From Rhodospirillaceae bacterium (GTDB lineage: Bacteria; Pseudomonadota; Alphaproteobacteria; Rhodospirillales; Rhodospirillaceae), in the NCBI GenBank assembly GCA_965207985.1, contig CBDBND010000012.1, forward strand, positions 10,773-74,772: DNA of 64,000 nucleotides, read 5' to 3'. A model generated the notes under the pieces. That model saw nothing but the letters and a program-made list of their open reading frames with translations. It did not search any database and was not told the DNA's origin. The translations under genes and the position numbers were made by a program. This document shows, piece by piece, positions 1 through 10,374 of this stretch (positions are counted from its first letter, which is position 1; each line of letters begins with the position of its first letter).

Positions 1-3000
1 CGTCAGAGTCGTAGAAGCGCAGTTCGCCGCTCAGGACCTCCGCCGGCGTACCCGCCTCGTCACTCGAAGCTTCGGGTAACCCGCTCATGCGAACGTGGCA
101 GAGAACCCGCTCGGGCAGCGAGCCTGTCGTCAGCCACAGCCGTTCCCAGCCGAACGGCAGATAGGTAGTCTCGTCTTCCGCCGAACCCTGAATGCGCGCC
201 GCGGCAACGACCTGAAAGCATCCGTCGAGCACGAGAGGATGGATATCCAGCCGGCCGGGTCTGAGCGCCTCCGGCAACGACACCTCTCCCAAGGCCTCGC
301 CTGGACGGGTCCAGATCTTGCCGAGGGTGCGAAAGCTCGGGCCGAGATCGATTCCGGTCGCCGCCCGGGCATTGTAAAGCGTCGCCGCATCCCGTTCCGA
401 CATCTCGCGTTTCAGGCCGTCGAGATCCACACGTTCGACGGATCCCGTCGCCGCTTCGCCGGACGGCGCCCGGCATTCGGTGTGCAATGTCCATGCGTCC
501 TCGTCCGGGCCCTTGCTGAAAATCCGTACAAGGTCGGGGGCCTCTTCCGCGGAGCCGCCGAGAACGACCTGGATCCTACGGCCCGTTTCGTCCTCGCCAC
601 CGTCCTCGGGAAGGAGCAGAGGGTTGTGCAATTGCATGTCTTCCACGACCGCCATCCCGCCGTCGCGGGCAAGAGGAAGCGAAGCCGCCATGGCCCCGTA
701 GAGTGCGCCCGGTGCGATGACCCGCTCGAACACACGGTGGTCGCTCAGCCAACCGGGGTCGGAAGGGAACAGCTCGGATTCGTACGTGACCTCGCCGGAC
801 GCCGACTCGCGCCGGACGCCGAGCAGGGGGATTCCGGCCGAATTGCGCGACCGTTTCGGCGCCTGAAGCCAGTAACGCTCCCGCTGGAAAGGATAGCCGG
901 GTAGGGAAACGCGGCGCCGAACCTCGCCGGCGAAGAGACCCTCGAAGCGTATGGTCAGCCCGGCATCATACGCTGCCGCAACCGCGTCGGCGAAGCCGCC
1001 TGGATTTCCGGGCGCGTCGCCCTCCTGCGGGCAAATGCTCGAAAGCACCGCCGGCGCCGGCGCTGAATCCGGCCAGGTCGAGGCCGCCATCGGCGCCAGC
1101 ACCGGGCGCGGACCCAGTTCCAGGATCAGGTCCACGCCCATTTCCGCAAGTGTCCCCGCGCCGCTCGCGAACGCGACGGGCTCGCGCGCATGACGCCGCC
1201 AGTACGCTCCGTCGAGGAGTTCGCCATCTTCCACTGCGCGGCCCGTCACGTTGCTGACCAAGGTCAGTTGGGGTGCTGAAATCGTTGCGTTTTCCAGGGA
1301 CGCTTCAAGCGCGTCGAGGGCCGGTTCCACCAGCGCGCTGTGGAATGCCTTCGCGGTGTTCAACCGGCGAACCCGGACGCCCGCGGCTTCGAATCTCTTC
1401 ATAACGGATTCCACGGCCGCGACCGGGCCGCTGACCACCTGATGCAGGCCGTTGTCCGCCGAAATGTTCACCGCTGGGCCCGCGGACTCCGCGTTATGCG
1501 CATCGACAGCCCACGCAACCTGTTCCGGCGGCGCGAAGACAGCCGCCATGGCGCCCGGCGCAGTCTTCGATAGCAACGTGCCGCGTGTGGCGGCAAAACG
1601 CATACCGTCCTCAAGGCTGAAGACGTCCGCCGCCTGCGCCGCGGCGATTTCGCCGACGCTGTGCCCCAGGGCCACGGCAGCGCGAACTCCTACGCTCTCC
1701 CAGAGCGCCGTCAGGGCGCATTCAAGCGCATAGAGGGCCGGCTGCTCCCACGCTGTGTCGTTGAGTTCACCTTCCTCGCCACGACCGAACATAATGTCCA
1801 GCAGCGACGTTCCCCGCTCTGCCACGAACACTTCCTCGCATCGGTCGAACACGGCTCGCGCCACCGGCTCGCATTCGTACAGGTCCCGACCCATTCCGGC
1901 CCATTGGCTTCCCTGTCCGGTGTAGACGAACGCTACCTTCGCTGGTGCTCGCGGCGTCGCTCCCGGACCCTGCTCGGCTAGCGCGACTAGCCCTTCGCGC
2001 AATTGTCCGGCATCGCTGAAGACGAGGCCTGCACGGTGATCGAAGTGACAACGCCCGACCCCGATCGTCCACGTCATGTCCGAGAGCAGTTGCTTCATTA
2101 TTGAGTTGTCTGCGGACGAGGCTCCGACCTGTTGGTCGAGCCACGACAGGTACCGTCCGGCGAGATCGCAAATCGCCTGCTCGGATTTGCCGGAAACTGG
2201 GAATACGCGGGACTCGCGCCGCCGAAATTCCTGTTCGGATTGCCTGGAACTCGGCGTGGCCAACGGTGATGAAGCCGCCACGGCTTGACCGGAGCCGGCG
2301 ACAACGTGCGGCTCGTATGGCGCCGCATCGGCAGCGACATACTCCTCGACGACGATGTGCGCATTGGTTCCGGAAATTCCGAAGGAGTTCACTCCCGCCA
2401 GGCGCGGTCGCCCGTTACGATCCGGCAGGTCCATCATCGATGCACTCACCTGCAACGGCAGCTGATCCCAATCGACGCTCGGGTTGGGGTCGTGGAAGTG
2501 CAGATGCTGAGGAATGACACCGCGTTGCATCACGAGCGCCGCTTTGATCAAGCCTGCGATCCCCGCGGCCGACTCCAGATGGCCGATGTTGGTCTTTACG
2601 GAACCTACAAGCAACGGCCGGTCGGGTTCACGACCCTTGCCGAAGACCCGGGCAACGGCGTTGATTTCGATCGGATCGCCGACGGCTGTGCCTGTGCCGT
2701 GGGCTTCGAGGTAGTCTACTTCCGACGCGGGGATTCCCGCCTGTGCCATGGCCGCTTCGATGACCTGTTCGAGCGCGGGCTGGTTCGGCACCGTCAAGCC
2801 GACGCTGGCGCCGCCATGATTCACGGCCGCACCGCGGATGACGGCCCATATCCGGTCGCCATCGGCCTCGGCTTCGCTGAGGCGCTTCAGGACCACCACG
2901 CCACAGCCTTCGCCGCGCACATAACCATTCGCCGACGCATCGAAGGCCTTGCACTGCCCGTCCGGGGACAGCATCATCGCATCCGCGCGCAATTCGAACA

Positions 3001-3715
3001 CGCGACTGTTCAGGATAGCCTGTACGCCGCCGGCGATGGCGAGATCCGCCTTGCCTTGCTGGAGGTCCGACACAGCGTCGTGCACTGATACAAGGGACGA
3101 CGCGCAAGCTGCGTCTACCGCCTTTGCAGGACCCCTTAGACCCAGCACGAACGACACCCGCCCGCTGGTCCCATTGAGGTTGGTGCCGCTCAGCGCGTAG
3201 AGCGACGCGGCGGCCTCGGTGGGCGTCGCGGAATCAAGAACCAGCATCCGGTACTCGTCATTGCTTATTCCGGAGTAGACCCCAGTCAGGCTTTCTTTCA
3301 GACGGTTCGGATCGATTCCCGCATCTTCGAGCGCCTGCCAGCTCACTTCGAGCATCATTCGCTGCTGCGGGTCGAGCAATTCTGCCTCGACCGGGGAGAT
3401 TCGGAAAAATCCCGCATCGAACTGATCAATCTCGTCGACGTACGCGCAAAAACGGCAGGCATCGCGCAGATTCTCGGGATTCCCGAAGAGTTCCTGAAGG
3501 CGAACCGGACCCGAGCCCGGAACACCCTCCGACACTGCGTTTCCACCTTCTTCGAGCAGGCGCCAGAGGGCGGGAATATCCGGTGCACCTGGGAAACGAC
3601 ACGCCATACCCACGATCGCGACAGGTTCCACGGGCGAGTGAGCCGTCCTGTAGTGGTACTGCTTGCCTATAGCAGCAGAGTCTACGGAGTCGTCGAATCT
3701 TTTGTCTCGTGCCAT
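1..3715 (-). CDS. Type I polyketide synthase, N-terminal KS-AT-DH part (3' end lies beyond the left edge)
   Basis: The minus-strand frame from ATG 3713-3715 stays open to the window edge, and no minus ORF in that frame appears in the track. KS motifs: VAIVGMACRFPGA, DAACASS (Cys codon 3104-3106), HGTGT, NIGH. AT motifs: GQGSQW, GHSVGE, AFHS. DH-like: LSDHRVFERVIAPGA. Confidence 0.9.
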   Translation of the reverse strand, partial: MARDKRFDDSVDSAAIGKQYHYRTAHSPVEPVAIVGMACRFPGAPDIPALWRLLEEGGNAVSEGVPGSGPVRLQELFGNPENLRDACRFCAYVDEIDQFDAGFFRISPVEAELLDPQQRMMLEVSWQALEDAGIDPNRLKESLTGVYSGISNDEYRMLVLDSATPTEAAASLYALSGTNLNGTSGRVSFVLGLRGPAKAVDAACASSLVSVHDAVSDLQQGKADLAIAGGVQAILNSRVFELRADAMMLSPDGQCKAFDASANGYVRGEGCGVVVLKRLSEAEADGDRIWAVIRGAAVNHGGASVGLTVPNQPALEQVIEAAMAQAGIPASEVDYLEAHGTGTAVGDPIEINAVARVFGKGREPDRPLLVGSVKTNIGHLESAAGIAGLIKAALVMQRGVIPQHLHFHDPNPSVDWDQLPLQVSASMMDLPDRNGRPRLAGVNSFGISGTNAHIVVEEYVAADAAPYEPHVVAGSGQAVAASSPLATPSSRQSEQEFRRRESRVFPVSGKSEQAICDLAGRYLSWLDQQVGASSADNSIMKQLLSDMTWTIGVGRCHFDHRAGLVFSDAGQLREGLVALAEQGPGATPRAPAKVAFVYTGQGSQWAGMGRDLYECEPVARAVFDRCEEVFVAERGTSLLDIMFGRGEEGELNDTAWEQPALYALECALTALWESVGVRAAVALGHSVGEIAAAQAADVFSLEDGMRFAATRGTLLSKTAPGAMAAVFAPPEQVAWAVDAHNAESAGPAVNISADNGLHQVVSGPVAAVESVMKRFEAAGVRVRRLNTAKAFHSALVEPALDALEASLENATISAPQLTLVSNVTGRAVEDGELLDGAYWRRHAREPVAFASGAGTLAEMGVDLILELGPRPVLAPMAASTWPDSAPAPAVLSSICPQEGDAPGNPGGFADAVAAAYDAGLTIRFEGLFAGEVRRRVSLPGYPFQRERYWLQAPKRSRNSAGIPLLGVRRESASGEVTYESELFPSDPGWLSDHRVFERVIAPGALYGAMAASLPLARDGGMAVVEDMQLHNPLLLPEDGGEDETGRRIQVVLGGSAEEAPDLVRIFSKGPDEDAWTLHTECRAPSGEAATGSVERVDLDGLKREMSERDAATLYNARAATGIDLGPSFRTLGKIWTRPGEALGEVSLPEALRPGRLDIHPLVLDGCFQVVAAARIQGSAEDETTYLPFGWERLWLTTGSLPERVLCHVRMSGLPEASSDEAGTPAEVLSGELRFYDSD

Positions 3716-3790
3716 CTTAGCCGCAATATTGCATGAGTAAAGTGGGCAAGGCGATAGTTTCTCTATAAAACACAGTGTGTTAGAGCACTG

Positions 3791-4162
3791 TTGAGAGACA
3801 CCTTGTCCATGACAGATTGTATCCAAGAAGCCCTGCCGTTTCCACGCTGTAAATCACGCCGTGTGGAGGCGCGTTTTTCCGGCGGCGCCATCACTTCCAA
3901 CGGCGGCGTTTTGCTGCTTCGCGACGCCGACCGGCGGTTGGGATTGACCGAGCGGGTAGCGAAGGCGCTGACCGACCCGCGCCGGCAGGCCAGTTGCGTT
4001 CACGATGCCGTGTCGATCGTCCGCCAGCGGGTCTATGGCCTGGCATTGGGTTAGGAGGACCTGAACGATCACGGCGAGCTGCGCCGGGGCCTGGCGCTGC
4101 AGACGGCCGTGGATCGGGATCGGGTACTGGCCAGCGCTTCCACCCTGTGCCGGTTTGAGCAT
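3791..4162 (+). pseudogene. IS1380-family transposase, N-terminal fragment with an in-frame TAG
   Basis: FSGGAITSNGGVLLLRDADRRLGL...YGLALG*EDLNDH...STLCRFEH. TAG at 4052-4054 sits where such transposases have Tyr. Similarity ends abruptly near 4162. Confidence 0.65.
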
Positions 4163-4750
4163 GCCTTGTCGGCGATGAGGGCATCGAAGTGAACGTCGTC
4201 GATCAACGGCTGGACGCCCATCATGTCGTGGCGCTGGCCAGGGAGCAGCACGAAGCGGACCAGACACCCCAGTGCGTCGACCAGGGCGATGATCTTGGTG
4301 GTCAATCCGCCCCGTGATCGGCCGATGGCCTGATTTTGAGTCCCCCTTTTGCGCCGCTCGCCTTCTGGTGAACGCTGACGATGGTGGCGTCGATGAGGGC
4401 ATATTCGAAATCCGGTTCCGCCGACAACTCCTCGAACAGCCGCTCGAAGACACCCTTCTTCGCCCATCGGCGAAAGCGCTGGAAGACGCTGTTCCAATTG
4501 CCGAACGCCGGGGGCAGAGCGCGCCACGGCGACCCTGCGCGCACCCGCCACAAAACCGCCTCCAAAAACAGGCGGTTGTCCGCCGCCGTCACGCCACGGT
4601 CCGTCGCCTTGCCCGGTAGATGACGCCAAATTTTCTCCCAAACATTGTCCGTGATCACAAAACGCTCTGACTTCATCAAACACTCCTTGCAAAAGGAGGC
4701 TTGAATCACTTTTCCGCGACATTGGGAATCCACTAAATGTCAACAGACCC
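4163..4750 (-). mobile_element. IS5-family (IS427-like, two-frame) element remnant, 3'-truncated
   Basis: The transposase starts at ATG 4674-4676 (MKSERFVITDNVWEKI...). The frame changes at the A4G5 tract near 4342-4350 into ...IGRSRGGLTTKI...ALIADKA. It is then cut at about 4163. The terminal sequence GGGTCTGTTGACATTTAG ends at 4750. Confidence 0.7.
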
Positions 4751-4899
4751 TAGGCTCATTTATGCGGCGTTCTCCGAATCTTCTATTGCATCACTGCGAA
4801 ATGCCGTAAATGTCTTTTATTTAAGTGCTCTCATAGAACGGACCCTCTGGGGAAGTCGATTATACGGGCGATTTGGCCGGTCTACGCCCGTCAGGTACA

Positions 4900-5040
4900 A
4901 CGGCCAACTGAAGAGCCACGAAACATTCAAGGTTTCGATGATCTCGCAATGATGGGTCAGGCGGTCGAGCAGCGCGGTGGTCATCTTGGGGTCCAGAAAA
5001 CTGACACCCGCCAGCACACTGGATCTGATCCAAAAGCGAC
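4900..5040 (-). pseudogene. IS21-family IstB helper protein, C-terminal fragment
   Basis: The [23 protein letters not shown] segment resembles the IstB C-terminus (LDRLxHH). There is no N-terminal ATPase part. Confidence 0.45.
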
Positions 5041-5069
5041 CGAGTGCAACCCGGGCTTAGAACGCGGGC

Positions 5070-5969
5070 TTAGAACAGGTCGCTGCGGTCGAGAAATTCG
5101 CGGACGGCCGTGGCGCATTCCTCCGGCTTTTCGAGTTGAAGTAAGTGCGTCGCCTCGGGAATGAAATCGTAGTCCACCTTCATGACGTTACTGAGATCGA
5201 AGGTCGGCAGGTAGGAATAGGGAAGGGTCGGATCGGCCCCGACGATCTTGGTCGGGCAGGAAAGCAGGTCCAGATCGATGAGGGGAAAGAAACTCCGCGC
5301 ATAGTCCATGAGCTGCGCTTCGTATTCGCGCGGGCATCGAAGCTCGTACGCCTCCCCGTCCGGCGTCTGCCGGAGGGTCGTCTGCGCCATGAGCTCCCGG
5401 ACGCCGGGAACGACGCGCGTGAAGGCCGGGACGTAGCGAAGAAAATCGGCAAATTCCTCTCTCGTCCCGAACCGGTGCCCCCGCCGCCGGGTCCTGTCGG
5501 CCGCCTGCTCGGCGGCCGCATGAAGCTCGACCTGGCTCGCGCCGGGCCTGCACAGAGGCGGATCGAACAGGACCAGCGCGGAATAGGACTCTGTGAACGA
5601 CAGAAGCGGGATAATCGTGGAAAGGGAATGAAAGATGCCGACCGTCAACTTGTTCCCGTAAACCCGACCGATCGTGTTGAGGATCAGGTCGTGATCGTGA
5701 ATCAGGGTCGGAATATTGTGGTCGTTCGGGCCACCGACACTGTTCCAGCCATGGTTTCTGATGTCGTAGACGATCAACTCATAGTCGTCCGCAAGCAAGG
5801 ACCAAAAGGGATAATAGAGATCGATCGCAAGGCCGTTGCCGTGGCTCAGAACCAGCCGCGGGCCCGATGGATTGCCATGCTGCCGCAAGGCGGTGACGGT
5901 ATGGTCGTCGAGACGTACATCGTATACCGAAAGCGGCTCGGGTATTTCCCACACGACTTCTGCTGTCAT
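5070..5969 (-). CDS. Alpha/beta-fold hydrolase
   Basis: 299-aa ORF with an HGNG oxyanion-type motif (LVLSHGNGLA) and a nucleophile-elbow-like GIFHSLS. It is on the same strand as the ACP and the PKS. Confidence 0.7.
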   Translation of the reverse strand: MTAEVVWEIPEPLSVYDVRLDDHTVTALRQHGNPSGPRLVLSHGNGLAIDLYYPFWSLLADDYELIVYDIRNHGWNSVGGPNDHNIPTLIHDHDLILNTIGRVYGNKLTVGIFHSLSTIIPLLSFTESYSALVLFDPPLCRPGASQVELHAAAEQAADRTRRRGHRFGTREEFADFLRYVPAFTRVVPGVRELMAQTTLRQTPDGEAYELRCPREYEAQLMDYARSFFPLIDLDLLSCPTKIVGADPTLPYSYLPTFDLSNVMKVDYDFIPEATHLLQLEKPEECATAVREFLDRSDLF

Positions 5970-6141
5970 GGTAAAAATGCCGGTTTCCCGAGGCGGCGCT
6001 CCTCAATCGGGATCGGGTATCGGCGGTATCGAACGCCGCGCCGTGCGGGAAACCCGGCCGCCACCGGACAGGGAGGCAGCCGGTTCCGTTTACGCGCCGT
6101 CAGGGAACGTCGGAGACGCGTCCTTGACCGACGGGGCGCAT

Positions 6142-6372
6142 TCAGCCCGCATTGGCGCCGATATGGTTCGCAAGCAGCCGCAGGGTCTTGAACTGCAGGC
6201 ATTCCTCAGCCTGCAGCGAGAGGTTGAACGCGCTGTTGACCTCTTTGAAGAACGCGACCGCATCCACCGAGGATACCCCGGAATCGACCAGCCGGGCGTC
6301 GAAATCCGGATCGGCACCGAGGCCCAGATGCTGGTCGGCGAGCGCTTTGAGACGATCTTCCGTTGACGACAT
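6142..6372 (-). CDS. Discrete acyl/peptidyl carrier protein
   Basis: 76 aa with a phosphopantetheine-site-like DSGVSSVDAV in a four-helix-sized protein. Confidence 0.65.
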   Translation of the reverse strand: MSSTEDRLKALADQHLGLGADPDFDARLVDSGVSSVDAVAFFKEVNSAFNLSLQAEECLQFKTLRLLANHIGANAG

Positions 6373-6704
6373 GGTTTCTTCTCCTTCTTAAGTGTATCGG
6401 CCGGACAGCGCAGAAAGCGTTGCAACGACACAGGTATAATAAAGGGCGTAACTCCCAAGCCACGTGCAGAACCAAGCTCGGCGACAATAAAGCCGTGAAA
6501 CTATGGTGCAACGATCTAGCTACCGCAAGTCCACTTGTCGGGAGTGCCGAGTCAATCCGGAATTGGAGGATACGGTCCGCTCCAATACAACTTAACTGTA
6601 GTGTTGGCTGCGCCGCTTTATTTCCCGCCACTACAGAATCAATCATGACAGTTGTCCCTTGCGAGAACCCCATCCAGTCTCTTATTCCTTTTCTTTTACA
6701 CGAT

Positions 6705-6905
6705 GTCCGTGTGTTGATAAGGCTTTTGCAAGGGTATGCGGTTTATGGGACTTCTGTTGCCGTCCTCGCATCGTTCCCTGCGCTTGGGCAAACTCCTTCG
6801 GAGGTCGGCGAACCCGCCATCGAAGAGATCGTGGTCATGGGCTCCTTGATCAAGCAGCTGGTCGTTTTCGAGGACCGCGCGCCCGTGCAGCATCACGAGG
6901 GTTAG
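6705..6905 (+). pseudogene. Possible TonB-dependent receptor N-terminal stub
   Basis: A signal-peptide-like stretch followed by PAIEEIVVMGSLIK, which resembles the start of a plug domain. A stop follows about 20 aa later. Confidence 0.3.
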
Positions 6906-7047
6906 GACGTTCTGAATGGATCACCCACGCTCATCCAAGTCGGTCGTGTTCTGTAAGCATGTGAAGCTCGGCGCTGGCGCGGTTCCGAAAGCGGGAAGGC
7001 CGAACCGCCGCTATCATGTGGCCGGTGGTAAACCCGTGCCGTTTGGC

Positions 7048-7932
7048 ATGATGTGGCGAGCGGCGGTCGCGACGGTCTTGGCCTCCTGCGCGCTCCTGGC
7101 CTGCACGCCTGTGCGCTTCGTCGATGTGGATTCGAAGACCCATAGCAGCCGCATCGACCACATCGTCATGCATTTTACGAGCGCTGACTTCGCTGAATCA
7201 ATGCGGCTGCTGACCGAACGCACGGAGCGTCCCGTTAGCGCGCATTACCTGGTGCCGGAAAGTGGCGATCCGACATATCCGCGCCGGCGGCTCAGAGTGT
7301 ACCGGCTCGTCGACGAGGAACGGCGCGCATGGCATGCTGGACAGAGCCATTGGCGCGGCGGCGAGGGCCTGAATGTAAGTTCCATCGGGATCGAGGTCGT
7401 AAATCGCTCGGCTTGCGCCGCCGTGGCTCCGGGCAACAAAAACGGCACGCCAGAAGATCGTTGCGAGTTTCACAATTTCGATCCCGGCCAGATCGATCTC
7501 CTCATAGAACTCGTGCTCGACATCCTTCGACGCCATCCCGGTATCGATCCGGTCGATATCGTCGGCCATGCGGACATCGCGCCTGATCGCAGGCTGGATC
7601 CCGGACCCAAGTTTCCCTGGCGCAAGCTTCACGAACACGGGATCGGAGCCTGGTACGACGATGACACCGTGGACCGGTACCGCCAACGCTTCGACGCCGA
7701 GCCGCCAACTCTGGTGCTGCTGCAGCGGGGGCTAAAAGCCTATGGTTATGACGTGGACGATACCGGCGCACACGATGCGCGCACGCGAGCCGCGCTCAGG
7801 GCGTTTCAGATGCATTTCAGGCCATCGGACTGGTCCGGGCACCCCGACGCTGAAACGTCTGCCATACTGTTTGCGCTGCTTGACAAGTACCAACCCCAAG
7901 CGCTCGCCGCTCTGATGAAAACATCGTTGTAG
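7048..7932 (+). CDS. amiD: N-acetylmuramoyl-L-alanine amidase lipoprotein (amidase_2 plus peptidoglycan-binding domain)
   Basis: Lipobox LLAC after the internal ATG at 7048. Motifs: AHYLV, AWHAGQSHW, IGIEVVN, GHADIAPDRRLDPGPKFPW. The C-terminal segment LQRGLKAYGYDVDDTG...RAALRAFQ is PG-binding-like. Confidence 0.8.
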   Translation: MMWRAAVATVLASCALLACTPVRFVDVDSKTHSSRIDHIVMHFTSADFAESMRLLTERTERPVSAHYLVPESGDPTYPRRRLRVYRLVDEERRAWHAGQSHWRGGEGLNVSSIGIEVVNRSACAAVAPGNKNGTPEDRCEFHNFDPGQIDLLIELVLDILRRHPGIDPVDIVGHADIAPDRRLDPGPKFPWRKLHEHGIGAWYDDDTVDRYRQRFDAEPPTLVLLQRGLKAYGYDVDDTGAHDARTRAALRAFQMHFRPSDWSGHPDAETSAILFALLDKYQPQALAALMKTSL

Positions 7933-7994
7933 CAGCCGCACCTCAGTGATTCTTGGGAAGCGGTTAATGTAGGGATAGAGAAAGTGCATGCGCG

Positions 7995-8645
7995 TCAGTC
8001 AGCGTGGGACTTCGTGGTATCTGATACGGCAGTTTGTCTTGAGGCATCGTCATTTCTCACATTATTGCGGTCTAAAGGCCTTTGTCTCTTAAGCTCTTGG
8101 TAAACATCACGTAATTCATGTTCTATTTTGTCACCTGTCTCTGCGCGTGCAGATTTGGGATTGAAGTTCAGATATCCGCCAATTTTCGAGGGGCCGTAGA
8201 TTGGAGAGGCGGGGCCACGCACGATGTCGATGCGGTCTGAAGCGCCGATCGGGGTAGGATAGTTACCCGGGTTGTCCAGCCGTCGCATGCCCCGGAAATA
8301 AACCTCGCCCGGAGTCCCGCGCACATCTAGGGCTCCCGCCACGCCAAAGAACGACTGGGTGAACGTACCTGGTGCAAAAGCGACGAGTTCATCGATATCC
8401 GCGACGTTGAATCTATCAATCTGTTCGAAGCTGATTGTGGAGGCTGAACGCGGCGTTTCCAGCAGCGATTTGTCAAATCCGAACACCTCAACGTCTTCGC
8501 CCGGGAGAGATCTCAACGATCCGGTTACGACGACTTCCTCGATTTGTTGCTCTTGAGCCACCGACAGCTGTGTCCCTGTTGCACCCACGACAGCGGTTGC
8601 TAGGGACGCGGCGAGCGGTAAGCGTCGGGGCAAAAACTGCTTCAT
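7995..8645 (-). pseudogene. TonB-dependent receptor, signal peptide plus plug domain only
   Basis: IEEVVVTGS, ETPRSASTISFEQI, DVRGTPGEVYFRGMRR, IDIVRGPASPIYG. There is no beta-barrel, and the tail after about aa 165 is unrelated. Confidence 0.75.
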
Positions 8646-8721
8646 GACTTCTTCTCGAAGGGCATTTTTGGACTATCTGGATAAAAAATAACTGTCCCTT
8701 CAATTTACCTTATGCTTATGC

Positions 8722-9351
8722 ATGAGAATGTTCCAAGCCTTTGCGTATGTCGTCGCTGTTTCCACCACCGTCTTAGCTGTCCCTGCCAAAAGCTGGAAGA
8801 CGTTCATTGCCAATCACAGGGATTCCATAGCGGCCGTTGATCTGTTTGTGGTTCCCACAACGCGTTTCCAACTTCTGTATGGCCTGGTCATCCTTTACCT
8901 CAAGCGGCGGGAGTTAGTGTGGACCAATGCCACCTACCATCCGACAGCGGCTTGGATCGCCAACCAGGTGAGCCAAGCCTTTCCCTGGGAGACCGCGCCG
9001 CGATACCTCATCAGGGATCGGGATACCAGTTACGGCACGGTCTTCAAACGGCGATTAGGGGTAATGGGCATTAGAGACCGTCCCACGGCACCCAGATCGC
9101 CCTGGCAGAATGGGTATGTGGAGCGTGTAATTGGCTCTATCCGCCGGGGGTGCCTTGATCACACCATCGTCTTTGGTGAAGCTCACCTACGAAGGACACT
9201 TAGACACCATGCCCGATACTACAATCATGCCCGGACACATCTCTCCCTAGGCAAAGACTCGCCCATGCCACGTCTCGTCGAGCGGGCCGGCCACATCTCA
9301 AGGTGTAAACATCTCGGTGGTATGCATCACGAATACCGGCGGATAAGGTAA
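8722..9351 (+). pseudogene. DDE integrase/transposase (rve core), N-terminally truncated
   Basis: DLFVVPT..., YLIRDRDTSYG, TAPRSPWQNGYVERVIGSIRRGCLDH, YYNHARTHLSL. The N-terminal DNA-binding part is missing. Confidence 0.75.
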
Positions 9352-9411
9352 ACGGAAGGGACAGAGATCCAGCAGATAAATTTTTAAAATTGCGCAAGTG
9401 TGGAGAAGATT

Positions 9412-10374
9412 ATGAAGTGGGTGGTCATTTTGATTTGCTTCGTCGCAACATATCCGTTGTCCACTCGTCTGGCTTTGGCGGGTTCAGGCTTTTATTTGAG
9501 CAGTGAACTAGGCGCCAACTTTGCGGTTGGCCCCGATCTTGATGAGGGTGACAATGACCGGGCCAGTGCATGTGACGAGTACATCAACCCGATGTATGCG
9601 AACAATCCTCTTTGCACGGACCCCGCCGGGCGGGGGGATAGCTGGATGAGCAAGTTCGATAGCGCCGAGGGAATTCTGGCCGGTGCGGCTGCAGGTTACA
9701 GCTTGCGCAAGACGTTTCCTGATCGCCTTCTGGGCCGGTTCCGGATTGAGTCGGAGTACTTCTATCGCGATTCCGAATACGATCAGACAACGGACATCAT
9801 GTCCGGCGACGGCGGAGGCGGCTCAATCGCCGATAAACTCGGCGGAGAGATTGCGCGGGCTGAAAATCGAATAGGCAGCATCACCTCACACAATCTGTTT
9901 GCAAACCTGTATGTCGATTTGTTCAGCACCAGCCGCTTCACCCCTTACGTCGGCTTGGGAATAGGCGTCGGCTTCACCGATATGGATTACGGTTCCCTAT
10001 GGGCACGCAACCACAGAGTTCGCGATGATGCAGGAAACCTGTTAATTCGGACCGGCCAAGACTGGGATAACGCGGAGCAGATCCGGCAGAACCTGGCCGG
10101 AACCACAACCAGTGAACAGACCGTGTTGACCGACAATCTGTTCGGGCACCAACTGCTATTTGGAGTGGACTACGCGCTTACCCAGTCCGTCTCCTTCGGA
10201 GTGAAGGGGCGCTGGGTCAGGTTCGAAACCTTCCGGGATAGCGGCAGTTGGGATCGCCTGCGAAGCCACGACTCCAACCTAAGGCTGGATGGAAGCGAAC
10301 CAGTGGTCTATCAGGTCGAGACCAAAGACATCGAGTTTTTCGGCCTAAGCGTTAACCTCAAGTACCACATTTAG
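9412..10374 (+). CDS. Outer-membrane beta-barrel protein (OmpW/Opa-like porin family)
   Basis: GGAG lies 7 nt before ATG 9412. The signal peptide is MKWVVILICFVATYPLSTRLALA. Alternating beta-strand patterns run throughout, including YVGLGIGVGF and LSVNLKYHI at the C-terminus. Confidence 0.6.
   Translation: MKWVVILICFVATYPLSTRLALAGSGFYLSSELGANFAVGPDLDEGDNDRASACDEYINPMYANNPLCTDPAGRGDSWMSKFDSAEGILAGAAAGYSLRKTFPDRLLGRFRIESEYFYRDSEYDQTTDIMSGDGGGGSIADKLGGEIARAENRIGSITSHNLFANLYVDLFSTSRFTPYVGLGIGVGFTDMDYGSLWARNHRVRDDAGNLLIRTGQDWDNAEQIRQNLAGTTTSEQTVLTDNLFGHQLLFGVDYALTQSVSFGVKGRWVRFETFRDSGSWDRLRSHDSNLRLDGSEPVVYQVETKDIEFFGLSVNLKYHI

Noticed and set aside
95-3200. Many 60-270-aa ORFs on the + strand and in off frames (for example 95-904, 2285-3088, 2628-3107).
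   Set aside because: They overlap the continuous PKS frame in very GC-rich DNA, and their translations are Arg/Ala/Gly/Pro-rich nonsense. They are shadow ORFs.
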